Notes under the pieces: generated by a model
Told to the model about the DNA's origin: nothing
The model's input: the letters and a program-made list of their open reading frames with translations, nothing else
The model's database searches: none
From: Chiloscyllium plagiosum
Lineage: Eukaryota
Direction: 5' to 3'
Assembly (NCBI RefSeq): GCF_004010195.1
Contig: NC_057750.1
Coordinates: 8,537,524 to 8,601,523 of the forward strand
Length of the DNA: 64,000 nt
Shown here: one piece after another, positions 11,331-23,125 of the stretch
Position numbering within the stretch: position 1 is the stretch's first letter
Layout of the letters: each line of letters opens with the position of its first letter
Translations under genes and position numbers: made by a program

Positions 11331-11870
11331 CACTGCAAAGCTTCCTTTCCAGACTTAATCTTTCAGACCACACCCCACCCCATCCTGTTTTCCACATAAA
11401 AATTGTTTTCCTAGCTACCGTCAGTTCTGAGGAAGCATCACTGGACTTAGATTTCTCTCCTCAGATGCTGCCAGAGCTGCTGAGCTTTTCTAGCAATTTC
11501 GGTTTCCAAAGAAGCAGGCCATTCAGCCCTTCGAGTCTACACTGCCCCTCTTTAGAGCATCCCACCACCAGCCCCATTTTCCTGTAAATGCCTGCATTTC
11601 CCATGGCTAGCCCACCTAGTCTGCACATTCCTGGACACTATGGGCAATTTAGCATGGAAAATCCACCCTAACCTGCACACCTTCGGACTGTGGGAGGAAA
11701 CCAGAGCACCCAAGCAGACCCGGGGAGAATGTGCAAACTCCACATTGACAGTCACCTGAGGCTGAAATCCCTGGCACTGTGAGGCAGCAGTGCGAACCAC
11801 TGAACCACCATGCCACTCCACAGTTTTTGTTTCTGATTTCCAGCATCCACAGTTCTTTTGGTTTTTAATT
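11330..11870 (+). mobile_element. Old PLE 3' UTR/pLTR (family P3), split by an HE1 SINE
   Basis: ttctgaggaag...cagatgctgccagagctgctgag (to ~11510) resumes at 11820 with gtttctgatttccagcatcc. Confidence 0.65.
11510..11818 (-). mobile_element. HE1-like V-SINE
   Basis: Antisense ggcatggtggttcagtggttcgcactgctgcctcacag head and V-domain gtggagtttgcacattctcccc...ggtttcctcccacagtcc. Confidence 0.9.
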
Positions 11871-12099
11871 CTTCAGGAATTTTCTGTGCCAATATAATCC
11901 AACCGGAAGAAGTTAGGAGGTGCAAAATTTCAGTAAACAGCCCCATAACTGCAGGCGGCTGAACGTGGGGTTAGGGTGATGGGTTTGCTTCCTTTGCCTG
12001 AGATTTTGATCATCCCTTGCTCCTGTGTTTTATCCACTGCACACCCGGCTTTGAGCACAGTTACCCATTCCCACCTAATCCTAGACTGAGTATCACATT

Positions 12100-12542
12100 A
12101 TAGAACATAGAACTTAGAATATCACAGCGCAGTACAGGCTCTTCGGTTCTCGATGTTGCGCCAACTTGCGGAACCAATCTTAAGCCCACCTAACCTACAC
12201 TATTCCACTCTCATCCATATGCCTATCCAATGGCCATTTAAATGTCCTTGAAGTTGGCGAGTCTACTACTGTTGCAGGCAGCGTGTTCCACACCCTTACT
12301 ACTCTCCGAGTAAATAAACTAACTCTGAGCTCTGTCCTATATCCACCACCCCTCAATTTAAAGCTATGTCCCCTCGTGCTAGCCATCGCCATTTGAGGAA
12401 AAAGGCTCTCACTGTCCAACCTATCTAACCCTCTGATTAGCTTATACGTCTCAATTAAGTCACTTCCCAACCTTCTTCTTTCCAATGAAAACTGCCTCAA
12501 GTCCCTCAGCTTTTCCTCCTAAGACCTTCCCTCCATGCCAGG
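12100..12542 (-). mobile_element. CR1 3' end; continuation of the 8380-9846 copy
   Basis: Minus strand PGMEGRS*EEKLRDLRQFSLERRRLGSDLIETYK...RVWNTLP, UTR and (ttctatg) tail. Confidence 0.93.
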
Positions 12543-12840
12543 AGAAAGTGAGGTCTGCAGATGCTGGAGATCAGAGCTGAAAATGTGTTGCTGGAAAAGC
12601 GCAGCAGGTCAGGCAGCATCCAGGGAACAGGAGAATCGACGTTTCGGGTATAAGCCCTTCTTCAGGAATGAGGAGGGTGTGCCAAGCAGGCTAAGATAAA
12701 AGTTAGGGAGGAGGGACTTGGGGGAGTGGCGTTGGAAATGCCATAGGTGGAAGGAGTTTAAGGTGAGTGTGATATGCCGGAGAGGGGTTGGGGGCGGAGA
12801 GGTCAGGAAGAAAATTGCTGGTCAAGAAGGCGGTTCTGAG
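12543..12840 (-). mobile_element. PLE 3' UTR plus pLTR (family P1a)
   Basis: gagaaagtgagg...cagatgctggagatcagagctg; HHR at 12638-12665; purine-rich antisense UTR. Confidence 0.9.
12635..12668 (-). ncRNA. Minimal hammerhead ribozyme motif
   Basis: Minus strand: uucCUGAAGA a ggg-cuuaua-ccc GAAAC GUC ga. Confidence 0.72.
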
Positions 12841-12850
12841 TCCTCAATAT

Positions 12851-13300
12851 CCTCTTGCAAGGATGCCTGCCTTGAAGAAGTTTTCCTCCACTCTCTGTAA
12901 GTAACCCTACTGCGAATCCTCTTGCAAGGATGCCTGCCTTGAAGAAGTTTTCCTCCACTCCCTATAAGTAACCCTACTGCGAATCCTCTTGCAAGGATGC
13001 CTGCCTTGAAAAAGTTTTCCTCCTCTCTCTACAAGAATCTCAGGGAGTCCCTCTCCCACTGCAACTCCCAGGTCATTTCCTCTGCCCTGCAGCTCTTCAA
13101 CCATGTCCTGAAACAGACTCGCTACCTGTATTCCTGATGAAGGGCTTTTGCCCGAAACATCGATTTTCCTGCTCCTTGGATGCTGTCTGAACTGCTGTGC
13201 TTTTCCAGCACCACTCTAATTCAGAATCTGGTTTCCAGCATCTGCAGTCATTGTTTTTACCTAGTTGAATTTAACCCTACTGCAAATCCTCTTGCAAGGA
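12851..13300 (+). mobile_element. Mini-PLE copy 2: 303-nt unit with terminal redundancy and 67-bp 5' tandem repeats
   Basis: aaccctactgc(g/a)aatcctcttgcaagga at 12970 and 13273; HHR at 13134-13161; 46-codon ORF at 12997-13137. Confidence 0.9.
13131..13164 (+). ncRNA. Minimal hammerhead ribozyme motif (GUC mutated to AUC)
   Basis: uucCUGAUGA a gggc-uuuu-gccc GAAAC AUC ga. Confidence 0.7.
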
Positions 13301-14222
13301 TTATCTGTGGAAAAGACCTTTGCTCTTCATCTTATCTATACCCTTCATGATTTTATAAACCTCTATAAGGTCACGCCTCAACCTCCCATGCTCCAGTGAA
13401 AAATGTCCCAGACTATCCAGCCTCTCCTTAGAATTCAAATCCTCCATTCCCGGCAACACCCTGGTGAATCTTTTCTGAACCGTCTCCACTTTAATAAAAT
13501 CCTTCCTGTAATGGGGTGAAACCAGAGCTGGACGCAGTACACCAGACGAGGCCTCACCAATGTCCTGTACAACCCCAACATGACATCCCAACTCCTATAC
13601 AGTCATGGACACATACAATATGGAAACAGACCCTTCCGTCCCATACATCCATGCCAACCAGATATCCTAAATAAGTCTAGTTCCACTTATGGCCTATATC
13701 CCTCTAAACCCTTCCTATTCATCTACTCATCCAGATGCCTTTTAAATGTTGTCATTGTACCAGCCTCCACCACTTCCTCTGGAACCTCATTCCATACACA
13801 CATCACCATCTGCATGAAAAAGTTGTCCCTTAGGTCTCTTTTAAATCTTTCCCCTCTCATCGTAAACCTATGCCCTCTAGTTTAGGATTCCCCCGCCTGG
13901 AAAAAACCCTTGCCTGTCTATTTACCCTATCCATGCCTCTCGTGATTTTATAAACCTCTAAGGTCACCTCTCAGCCTCAGAGGCTCCAGGGAAAATAGCT
14001 TCAACGTATTCAGCCTCTCCCTATAGCTCAAACCCTCCAACCCTGGCAACGTCCTTGCAAATCTTTTCTTAACCCTTTCAAGTTTCACAACATCCTTCCT
14101 TTAGCTGGTAGATCAGAAATGAATACAGTATTCTAACAGTGGCCTAACCAATGTCCTGTACATCTGCAACATGACCTCCCAACTCCTATACTCAATGCAC
14201 TGGCCAATAAAGGCAAGCATAA
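13301..14222 (-). mobile_element. Two adjacent CR1 3' fragments
   Basis: VQKRFTRVLPGMEDL...DLIEVYKIMKG; second copy from ~13601 carries the UTR. Confidence 0.9.
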
Positions 14223-14329
14223 AAGTGCTGATAAGGTGAGATGACATTAAGTAAGGATGAGCTTGTCAGAAGCATCGACATGAATAGAACTTAATTGGGC
14301 CACACAGCTTGTCTTTGTGTTGGATAATG

Positions 14330-14830
14330 GGGAGCTAGTGACATATCCCTCTCCCTCATTATGGGCATTTAAGCGGGCATTGGATAGGCATATGGAGGAT
14401 AGTGGGCTAGTGTAGTTTAGGTGGGCTTGGATCGGCGCAACATCGAGGGCCGAAGGGCCTGTACTGCGCTGTATTCTTCTATGTTCTATGTTCTATATCG
14501 TTAATACCATTGGTCTATAGATCAGGACCCTAGATAATGTTCTGGAGATATGGATTTGAATCCCACCAAGACAGATGGTGAAATTTGAATTCGATTAAAA
14601 GAAATATGAACTTTTCTTTCGAAAGGTAGCCTAATGGTGATCACATAACCACTGTCAACTATTGTAAAAACCTATCTATTATCAGTAATGCCCTTCGGGG
14701 AAAGAAACCTGGTCTGGGCTACATGTGACTCCAGATCCACAGTAATGTGGATCACTGCCTTCTAGGCTACTGGGAATGAGCAATAAATGCTGATGTAGTC
14801 ACAGCGATGCCAATATCCCATGCATTAAGT
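14330..14830 (+). mobile_element. SINE family B with a young CR1 tail (~14358-14497) inserted in its head
   Basis: B-box-like gatttgaatccc, family body and tail; insert ends ttctatgttctatgttctat. Confidence 0.75.
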
Positions 14831-15309
14831 TCTTTTTTCAAAAAGATTCTATATAAATTGAATTTAGCCACATTATTAGCCACATTTATGTTTATCAAAA
14901 TGTCTTCTGGAAAGCATCAAATGATTTCCAAATTGTACAAGTTACAGATGGGATAATTTAATGGTCTTTTTGTCTCTGGTGTCAGCTATGGTTCAGTGGA
15001 TTGTACCCTTACTTTTTCATCACAAGGACCTGGGTTCAAATCCCAGGAGCGTGTGCACTACCAACTGAATCAAGATTAAATATAAGTCTGCCACCATTCT
15101 CTATTCCCTGAGGAAAAAGGACATACAGTCTGTGTTTACAGCATGGAAGCGGCCATTTGAATGTGCCTGTGCCGGCCCTTTCTGGAAAACCTTGTTTGTA
15201 CGTTGAACTACTTGTCTGTTATATATTGTAAATTGGTTTCAACTAACTATAATGATCACTCATTTGAAAGAAACTCTCTCATCACATTTATGGAGCTTCC
15301 TAAGCGATG

Positions 15310-15730
15310 TGAACTGTGGCTCATTGGAAGGGCTCTTACCTTAGATGCTTGAAAATTGTGGGATCAGGACTTGAGTGCACAGATCATGACTGATGTATTG
15401 GTGAAATACTGAAGAGGTGCTACATATCAGTAGTGTTGACCTTTGGAGGAGGTGGAAAAGATTCCATGGCACAATTTCTGAGGAAAACTGGAGGATTTCT
15501 CTCTGGCGTTTTGGCCTATATTATTCCGTCAATCATCATCACAGGAAAGAGGTCTCTGGTAAATTCTACAGTCAATCCACTTCAATGAACATCCAACTCA
15601 TTGGTTGTGAAGTTTTTTTTACTGATGGGTGAGCTGCCTTCTTGAACCGTTCCATTTGAGAGCTGTTGGAGAGGAAAGTACATTGGGATGTCTTGTTGTC
15701 ATGAAAGACATATATAAATGCAAGTCTTTC
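15310..15730 (+). mobile_element. DeuSINE, degenerate
   Basis: tRNA-like head ctgtggctcattgg, aaagattccatggcac Deu-like core, tail gtcatgaaagacatatataaatgcaagtctttc. Confidence 0.6.
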
Positions 15731-16014
15731 ATTTGTGTTAGTTTAAGGATTGCTTACTACCCCATTTTGTTTCAAAATGCCACACCATCACCTTTTCAAG
15801 GGCAGCTAAGGATGGGCAATAAAAGCTGGTCAGCCAGCGGCATGAACCTCCAGCGAATGAATAAAATAAAAACTCTCTAAGCCTTTCCTCCTTTCTAATA
15901 TGTCTTTCTAATATGTGAAGGGGTGAATAGTAATCATTAGTTATTCTTCGTTGTGGGATGTATGAAAATAAACACAAGGTTTTTGTAAAAGAATGTCAAT
16001 TCAAAAATAACTTT

Positions 16015-16320
16015 AGGGAGGTAATATTGTGGCTTGGGGACAGGGTTCAAATCCCACCAGAACAGTTGGAATTTAAATTAAATTAAATTTGGAATATAAA
16101 ACCGATCTCTGTAATAGTGACTATGAAATTATCATTGTTTTTTGTTGTAAAAACCCATCAGGTTCAGTCATGTTCTTTAAGGAAGGAAATCTGCCTTTCT
16201 TATCTGGTCTTAACGACATGTGATTCCAGGTCCGCATCAATGCATTTCACCCTTAACTGCCCTCTGAAATTGTCTTAGCAAATGAAACAATTCCAGAGTA
16301 GTTAAGGATGGGCAATATTC
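16015..16320 (+). mobile_element. SINE family B
   Basis: gggttcaaatcccacc B box; body aaaacccatcaggttca; tail ggatgggcaat. Confidence 0.75.
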
Positions 16321-16899
16321 TAATATCAGAACCAGCTGGGATATCCTGAGTAGAGTCTGTACCAGCTGGCTTGCTAGTGTCCATCCAGGCTACTGATACC
16401 CTGTAAGGAATGGTGTCCAAACAATTCCTTCAGCAGAAAATAGGCTGTCTATTCATGAATTGTAAATAGATTTATTTTGTGTTACTTAATTGCTAATCGC
16501 ATTACACCTGAGATATGTAATGGCCTGTTGTGTGAGATTAAGCACAACTCATTACCACTTTAGCTAAACACTGTTAAAAGTAAGAGTCCTGAAGGGTGGA
16601 GCTTACCTTATGATATCAGTTAACCCTTTCAGGTACTATCTTATACACTTTAAGGCTGCGATAGATTCTTCATCAAGAGGGTAATCAAAAGTTGGGGGAT
16701 AGGGCAGGAAAGTGGACATAAGGAATGTCAGTCAGCCATGATCCTACTGAATGGCAGAGCAGACTGAAGGGGCCGAATTGCCTACTCCTGTTCCTATTTT
16801 TTATTGTCTTAACAGGCAACAAATGCTGGCCTTGCCAGTGACACCCACATCCCATGAAGGAGAGAAAATGAGATAAGACCTTTCAGTGATTGTGTAGCA

Positions 16900-17100
16900 T
16901 GCTCACTCACTAGCTAGGATCATCTGTGAAAACAAAAATGATCTATTGCCATTTATCTCAAGGTTGCTTTTGGGATCTTGCTGTGTGTGAAGTGGGTCTC
17001 TGATGTTACAATGGTGACTACACTTTGCAGGCATTTCATTGGCTTTAACATGCTTTGGGACGTCCAGAGCATGTGAAAGGTGCTGCACAAATGCAAGTCT
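16900..17100 (+). mobile_element. DeuSINE 3' half
   Basis: tgggatcttgctgtg...gtgactacac...ctttgggacgtcc...gtgaaaggtgctg...atgcaagtct. Confidence 0.65.
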
Positions 17101-17384
17101 TGTGGCCACTCCTGAAGAATAGTTGTTCAGAAAGACCTTCATCTTCACAGTCTTCAAAAGAGAAGAGTGAGAGTACAAGAATTGGGAGAGATGGTGGCTT
17201 AGAGAGTTACAAATGGCGTGTTTTGAAAAATTACCCAATGGGAAAATAAGTAAAATTCATGAGTGACATACAGGGGTCCAACTCATCTCAAAATGGAGCT
17301 GCATTCTGAGATGTTCCAATTAATGTTTATTTTTCAATGGTTATTTGCTCTGGAACCTGTGATTTTTGTTTTATTACGTGGGAT

Positions 17385-18240
17385 AGTGAGAATCTGTTTC
17401 CCCTGGGTCCTGAGTTCAACTGGGCTGGGGAAGGCAGAATCTCAAAATGAAGAGTAGTCCCACCTTTGACTGAGATGAAGAGAAATTTCTTCACTCAGAA
17501 GATTGTGAGTCTATGAAATTCTCTACCCTGGACAGTTGTTGGGTTGAACAGATCAAGAGACTTTTAAACTCTAAGGAATTCAAGGATGGGGACATCAATA
17601 TATGAGCAGGAGTAAGCTGTTTAGCTCATCGAACCTGCCTTGCCATTCAATATGATCATGGCTGATCTTATAAAGAGGATCTATGAAAAGAAACTGGATT
17701 AGTTAGGATAATATTTGCTGGGGTTTATAAGAATAAGAGGGGAATCTCATAGAAATTTGTAAAATTCTAACAGGACTTGACAGGGTAATGGCAGAAAGGA
17801 TGATCCTGGGAAGTTCAGAACCAGGTCATAGTCTAAGGATACAGGCCATTTAGGATTGAGATGAGAAATTTCTTCGCCTATAGAGGTAAGCCTGTGGAAT
17901 TCTGTGCCACAGAAAATGGCTGATGCCAAAACATTGAATGTTTTTCAGAAAGAATTATATAAAGTTCTTTGGGCTAAAGGAGAAATCTTCTTTCAGTATC
18001 CACCCTTGTCAAGTTTCTGCAGGATTTAAAAAATTTCAATGAGATCGACTCTCATTCTTCCAAACTCAGACAGATCATGGGTCCAACCTGTCCATCACAG
18101 GATACCACCCTCACGTCCGAGGGAACAGGCAGGAACGTGAGGTGGAGGTCAAAAATCAAGTGTGAACCTATTAAATGGTGGAGTGGGCTTGAGGAGCTGA
18201 GGAAAATCACCCTGCTTCTATTTTGTCTGTTCTTGTGAGA
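17385..18240. mobile_element. Mosaic of CR1 3' fragments on both strands
   Basis: Repeated tgagatga(g)gagaaatttcttc, gtggaattctgtgccacag and UTR motifs. Confidence 0.75.
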
Positions 18241-18834
18241 TGAAAATCGGGCTCCTTGTGATGGTTTTTGTATATTCTAATTGCGATGAGGGCAGGTGTA
18301 AAGAGACGTATTCAGACCCCTGGCAACCACAGTGATGAATCAAAGCAGATACTCAGCACAACAGTTGCCCTTTTCACAGTCTGTCAGAAAAAAGCATTTG
18401 CATTTTGTTAACTAATTAAAATTAGACAGTGTTTGAGCTCTGTCACACAGCTGCAACCTTGGATGTGTTTACCATTTGCAAGAAGACAACTTTCCTCCTC
18501 CCCTGGAGAATTGAGGAATATTGCAGGCGGGGGAAAGACTGAATTTTGCTTTTTAAAGATAACAATCGACAAGAAGGCAATGATTTGAGTTTCTGTCAAC
18601 ATGGTTTAAATTTGGTGATGAATATGAAGGCCCAAATTGCCTGAAAGGTTTTATTGCTGGTGTTAATGTGAGAGGATTTGTGTACAGAAATAATGATGTC
18701 TTGGGACAGTGATATAGACTCTTCTGGCTACTGGGGTATTGGATACTGTCCTTGGACTCCTTATTGAAGGAACAATAACTTGCCACAGAGAGAACACAAC
18801 AGTGATAGGAGTTGGATATCTGGTTTTCAACAGT

Positions 18835-19192
18835 GTCATAGAGTCATGCAGACCCTTCAATACAACTTGTCTATTCCGACCAGACATCCCAATCTGACCT
18901 CGTCCCATTTAATGGCCAATATCCCTCTAAATCCTTCCTATTCATAAACACATCCAGATGACTTTTAAATGTTGTAATTATATCAGCCTCCACCACTTCA
19001 TCTGGCTGCTAATACCATACACGCACCACCCTCTACTTGAAAAAGTTGTCCCTTAGGTCTTTTTAAATCTTTTGCCTCTCACCTTAAACCTATGCTGTCT
19101 GGTTTTGGACTTCCCAATCCTCGGAAAAAGACCTTGGCTATTTATCCCATCCATGCCCCTCATGATTTTATAAACCTCAATAAGGTGACCTC
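18835..19192 (-). mobile_element. CR1 3' end
   Basis: Antisense tail gtcatagagtcat and catccagatg...ccttaggtc...gattttataaacctc. Confidence 0.85.
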
Positions 19193-19254
19193 AATTCACA
19201 CTCGTTCTGCCCTTTCAAATTAGAGTGTTTTAAGAACCTCAGTAATCTTGTTAA

Positions 19255-19455
19255 TATGTTAGCTCAGTTGGCTGGATGGTTGATTTGTAGTGCAGACTAA
19301 TGCCAATAGCTTAGGTTATCTACACTACCTGAGGTTACCATGAAGGACTCTCCTTCTCAACCTTGCCCCTCACCTGAAGTATGGTGATCCTCAGGTTAAA
19401 CCATCACAGGTTGTCTCTGTAATGAGAGCACAGCCCTCTGGGTCTGGCAACTTTG
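19255..19455 (+). mobile_element. tRNA-derived SINE family C
   Basis: tagctcagttggctgg head; body ctgaggttaccatgaaggactctccttctcaacc...cctcaggttaaacc; at least 7 copies in window. Confidence 0.75.
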
Positions 19456-20319
19456 ATACCGGCAATGGAACAAAAGCCATTTTGAAAGGGGCCTACCATG
19501 GAGCATCCAAATAAGCCACCCTTTCAGGCAGGAGGACCTTCGAACATAGAACCTAGAGTGTATCACAGAAACTAATTTCTATATCCCACCTTTCACAAAA
19601 TTAAACATCAAAAGTTGCTAACACAAGTGTCATTGAACAAAATGTGACATTGCGCCACAGAACAGAAGCTGCTCCAATCCAGAAATCCAAAAACCAGAAA
19701 CGCTGGCTGTCAGGAATCTTTTTGAGTGGGCCAAAGTCTTGGACTTGCTTCACTGCAACAAATCACAAACTAGTGAATGGGATGATCTTTATCATTATCC
19801 TAATATTCTTGCTTCTATTGCAACACACAAATGATGCCTGTTTTGGTGGGATCACTGCAGGAGGGAGGCAGAGGCAAGATGGATAAGAAATGATATTAAA
19901 TTATTTCAAAATTAAAAATTTAAAAAATGAAAATTTTTTGATACATTGCCAAAAGAAGTTGCTGTGAGTTTATTTTTGAATGCTATCATAAAGAATCATT
20001 ACCTCATTAGATTTTAACCAGTGTCTTAAAGCAAGAAAGAGAGAGGCTGCAAGGTTTAGGGAAGGAATTCCAGAGTTTCAAACTACACCTGAAGGTATGG
20101 CGTTCAATGGCAGAGCAACTAAAAACCAGGAACGCTCAAGAGAACAAAAGTGGAGGAGTTCAGGTATCTTGGAGGGATGCGAAGCTGGAGGAGGTTACAA
20201 AGAATGGAATAGCATGAGTTCAATTCCTATACTGGCTGAGGTCACCGTAAAGGTCCTACCTTCTTGTTCATGATACTCACTTCACTTTAATGAGAGTGGA
20301 ACTATGGTGACCTTAGTTT

Positions 20320-21145
20320 GCAATGAAGGTTCACTAGACTGATCCCTGGGATGTCAGGACTCCTATGGGGAGAGCTGGGCCTGTATTCTATAGAGCTTTG
20401 AAGTGGTAATCTCATTGGAGCATATAAAATTCGTGCAGAGGCTTGACATGGTAGTTTGTATGGAAACCTATAAAAGTCTAATGGGACTAGACAAGATCAA
20501 TGCAGGAAGGATGTTCTCAATGACTGGGGAATTCAGAATCATGGGTTACAGTATAAGGATATGGGGGTGGGCCATTCAGGACTGAGATGAGGAGACATTT
20601 CTTTACCCAGAGAGTGATGAGCCTGTGAGATTCTCTGCAACAGAAAGTGGTTGAGGCCAAAACATTTTCAAGCAGGCATTAGGTATAGTTCTTAAGAGCT
20701 ACAGGGATCAAAGGTATAGGGAGAAAGCAGGAACAAGGTTCTGAGTTGGATGATCAGCTATGATTATATTGAATGGTGGAACAGGCTCAAAGTGCCAAAT
20801 GGCCTTTTCCTGCTCCTATTTTATGTGTTTCTGTGCAGAAAGAATATTTCGCCCTGGCCTGGGGTGGGAGATGGCCTACAACCAGGAGACCAGTACTAGA
20901 AAAAGTGTTTGGCCATTGAGGATTCAGGTGAGGAGGAATTTCTTCATTTAGAGGACTGTGAATGTTTAGTCATCGAGTATGTTCAAAACAATGATTGACA
21001 GATTTCTGACCATTAAACATATTAAGGGAAATGGGGCTGTGGGTAAAATATCATTGAGGTCAAAGATCATCCATGATCTTATTAAATGATGGAGCAAACT
21101 CAAGGGATTGAATGGCCTGCACTTTCTCCTGATTCCTGTGGATTG
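20320..21145 (+). mobile_element. CR1 3' fragments
   Basis: ETYKSLMGLDKINAGRMF; gagatgaggagacatttctttacccagagagtg; two UTRs. Confidence 0.8.
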
Positions 21146-22849
21146 GGTTGACACCATGGGAATTGATTGAATTCATTGCTGAAACCTCACAACTGCAGCA
21201 TCAGAGAGTCATTGAAAACTGAAATTTAATTGGTCAGATTGATATCCATGTATGCAGCTGTTGTAAAGATTCATGTTCTCTGCTGATCACCATGTTGTAT
21301 GGACCAATGGGAGATCCTCTTTTCAGGCAGAGATCTACAGGGTCTGCTTGGTCAAATAACCAGGGGTATAAATGTAAAGTGATTTGTAGAAAGATATGAG
21401 GGAATTAAATTTTTTCAGTCAAAGGGACCTCACTATCCAAAAAAGTGGTCATGATAGAAACACTAGTTTAAAACATGAACTTGAAGTACCACAGGTGACA
21501 AGGGAGGGGGATATGGGCCAAGAGCTAGAAGCTGGGATTGGGCTGGATGGCTTCTTCTTAGTTGGCACAGACAATGATTGGTTGAACTACCTCCTTCTGG
21601 GCTGTAATATTCTCCATGTCTCTATAACCTTATATCTCTGAGTTAAAGTCATTATCTTGGCTAACTCTTGAGATCACTTTACGGCTAAAAGTCCCTGCCC
21701 ACAATATTGGGAATGTTTGAGACGTGTGTAACTCCTTTGTACCCAGCAATCAGAGGAGAGATTGGAGCTTGGTTCCTAGTTCCCAGATTTCCAAGTTCTC
21801 AAATGCTCATTTTGTTTTCCATCAGTTTGTTTCTCATTTCTCTGCATGTATCTTTACAGCTTTGCTTAACTAAAAAGAGAAGTCTTCTACTGTGTAAAAC
21901 GCCAGAGTATCTACTGGTGAACTGAGTCAGTCAAAGAGTTGGAAATGTGTTTGGATTTGCAACAAGACTTGCAGCCAAGAGTCTGTTTTCTGACAAAGAA
22001 TATTTATTTTTCAGCAAATAGAGCATTTAACCAACCACTATAGCAAACAGTCTACAGAGTCTATTTCAGCAACACACCTCAGCAAACCATCTACAGTCCA
22101 AAGAATCAGTATGCTTTTTGGGAGAGGTAGTGGTATAGTCCATAGTGATAATGTCTTTGGGCTAGTAATCTGAAGCCCCAGACTAATGTTCTGGGGATGC
22201 AAGTTCAAATACAACCACGTAAGCTGGTGGGTTTTAGGGGGTCTTGTGACACAGTAGTTATGTCCTTGAATTTAAGTCCCACCTGCTCCTGCAGTGTGTT
22301 TTGCTTTAGGCTGAGCAGATTCAATAGGTGAATGGCGTTCTTCTGCACATATGTCTTCTGGTCTTATCATTAAGTATATTCAAGTCAGCGACAGATTTTT
22401 AATCAATAAAGGAATCGGGAATTGTGGGGGAAAGGCAGGAAAATGGAGTTGAGAATGATCGGATTAGGCATGATCTCGTTGAGTGGCCTGCTTCTTCTCC
22501 TATGTCTTATGGTCCTACAGCAAGTAGCCTACAGTCTATTTAACCAGTTCACTACAGCAGTCTCGAGAGTTTGTTTTAAAAGCCTCAACTGAACTGCAGG
22601 AATTCTATTACTAGTAGTGCAATAAGATTGACGGGGAGGGGGAAATTACTCAATAATCTATATGCAGCCTGGGAAAATTACTGTCACAACTAGATCCATA
22701 ATCTACAGGAGTTTGAAGTGCTGTAAGAGCACTTTGTGGCAGATGGAATACCTTTGGGGCATTGCTTCGGTACAGATGCTGTGTAATGAATCAAAAGAAT
22801 AGAGAGAAGCCAGTGAGGAGCATAACATTTAATTTGGTGGAGTCTAATA

Positions 22850-23125
22850 AGAAACGTAATGTGCATTTATATAGCACCTTCAGGTAGTAAAACATGCTGA
22901 GGTGCATCACAGGAGCATTATCAGACCAAATTTGACACTGAATCATTTAAAGTGATCCTAGAGCATGGTCAAAAAGGCAGATTTTAAGAAGCATTTTGAA
23001 AAGGAGAGGCAGGGAGGTTTAGGGGATCAATTCCAGAGCTTTGGGGCCCAGGGAGCTGACAGCATGGCCACTAATGGTGTTGTGATGAAAGTTCAGGAAT
23101 GCACAAGAGCCAGGAAGAGAAACAA
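22850..23125 (-). mobile_element. L2-type LINE 3' end
   Basis: gcatttatatagcacctt...cacaggagcattatcagac...ggtttagggg...ttccagagc; also seen at ~41775-42115 and ~53955-54450. Confidence 0.65.

Noticed and set aside
11760..11818. tRNA genes suggested by A/B boxes (also ~5185, 14980, 19258, 30398, 30638)
   Set aside because: Most run directly into SINE bodies and none forms a complete cloverleaf; they are SINE heads.
6503..13300. A second inversion between the two oppositely oriented mini-PLE copies
   Set aside because: The flanking CR1 pieces at 6502, 6742 and 13301 do not join into a continuous element when the segment is flipped.
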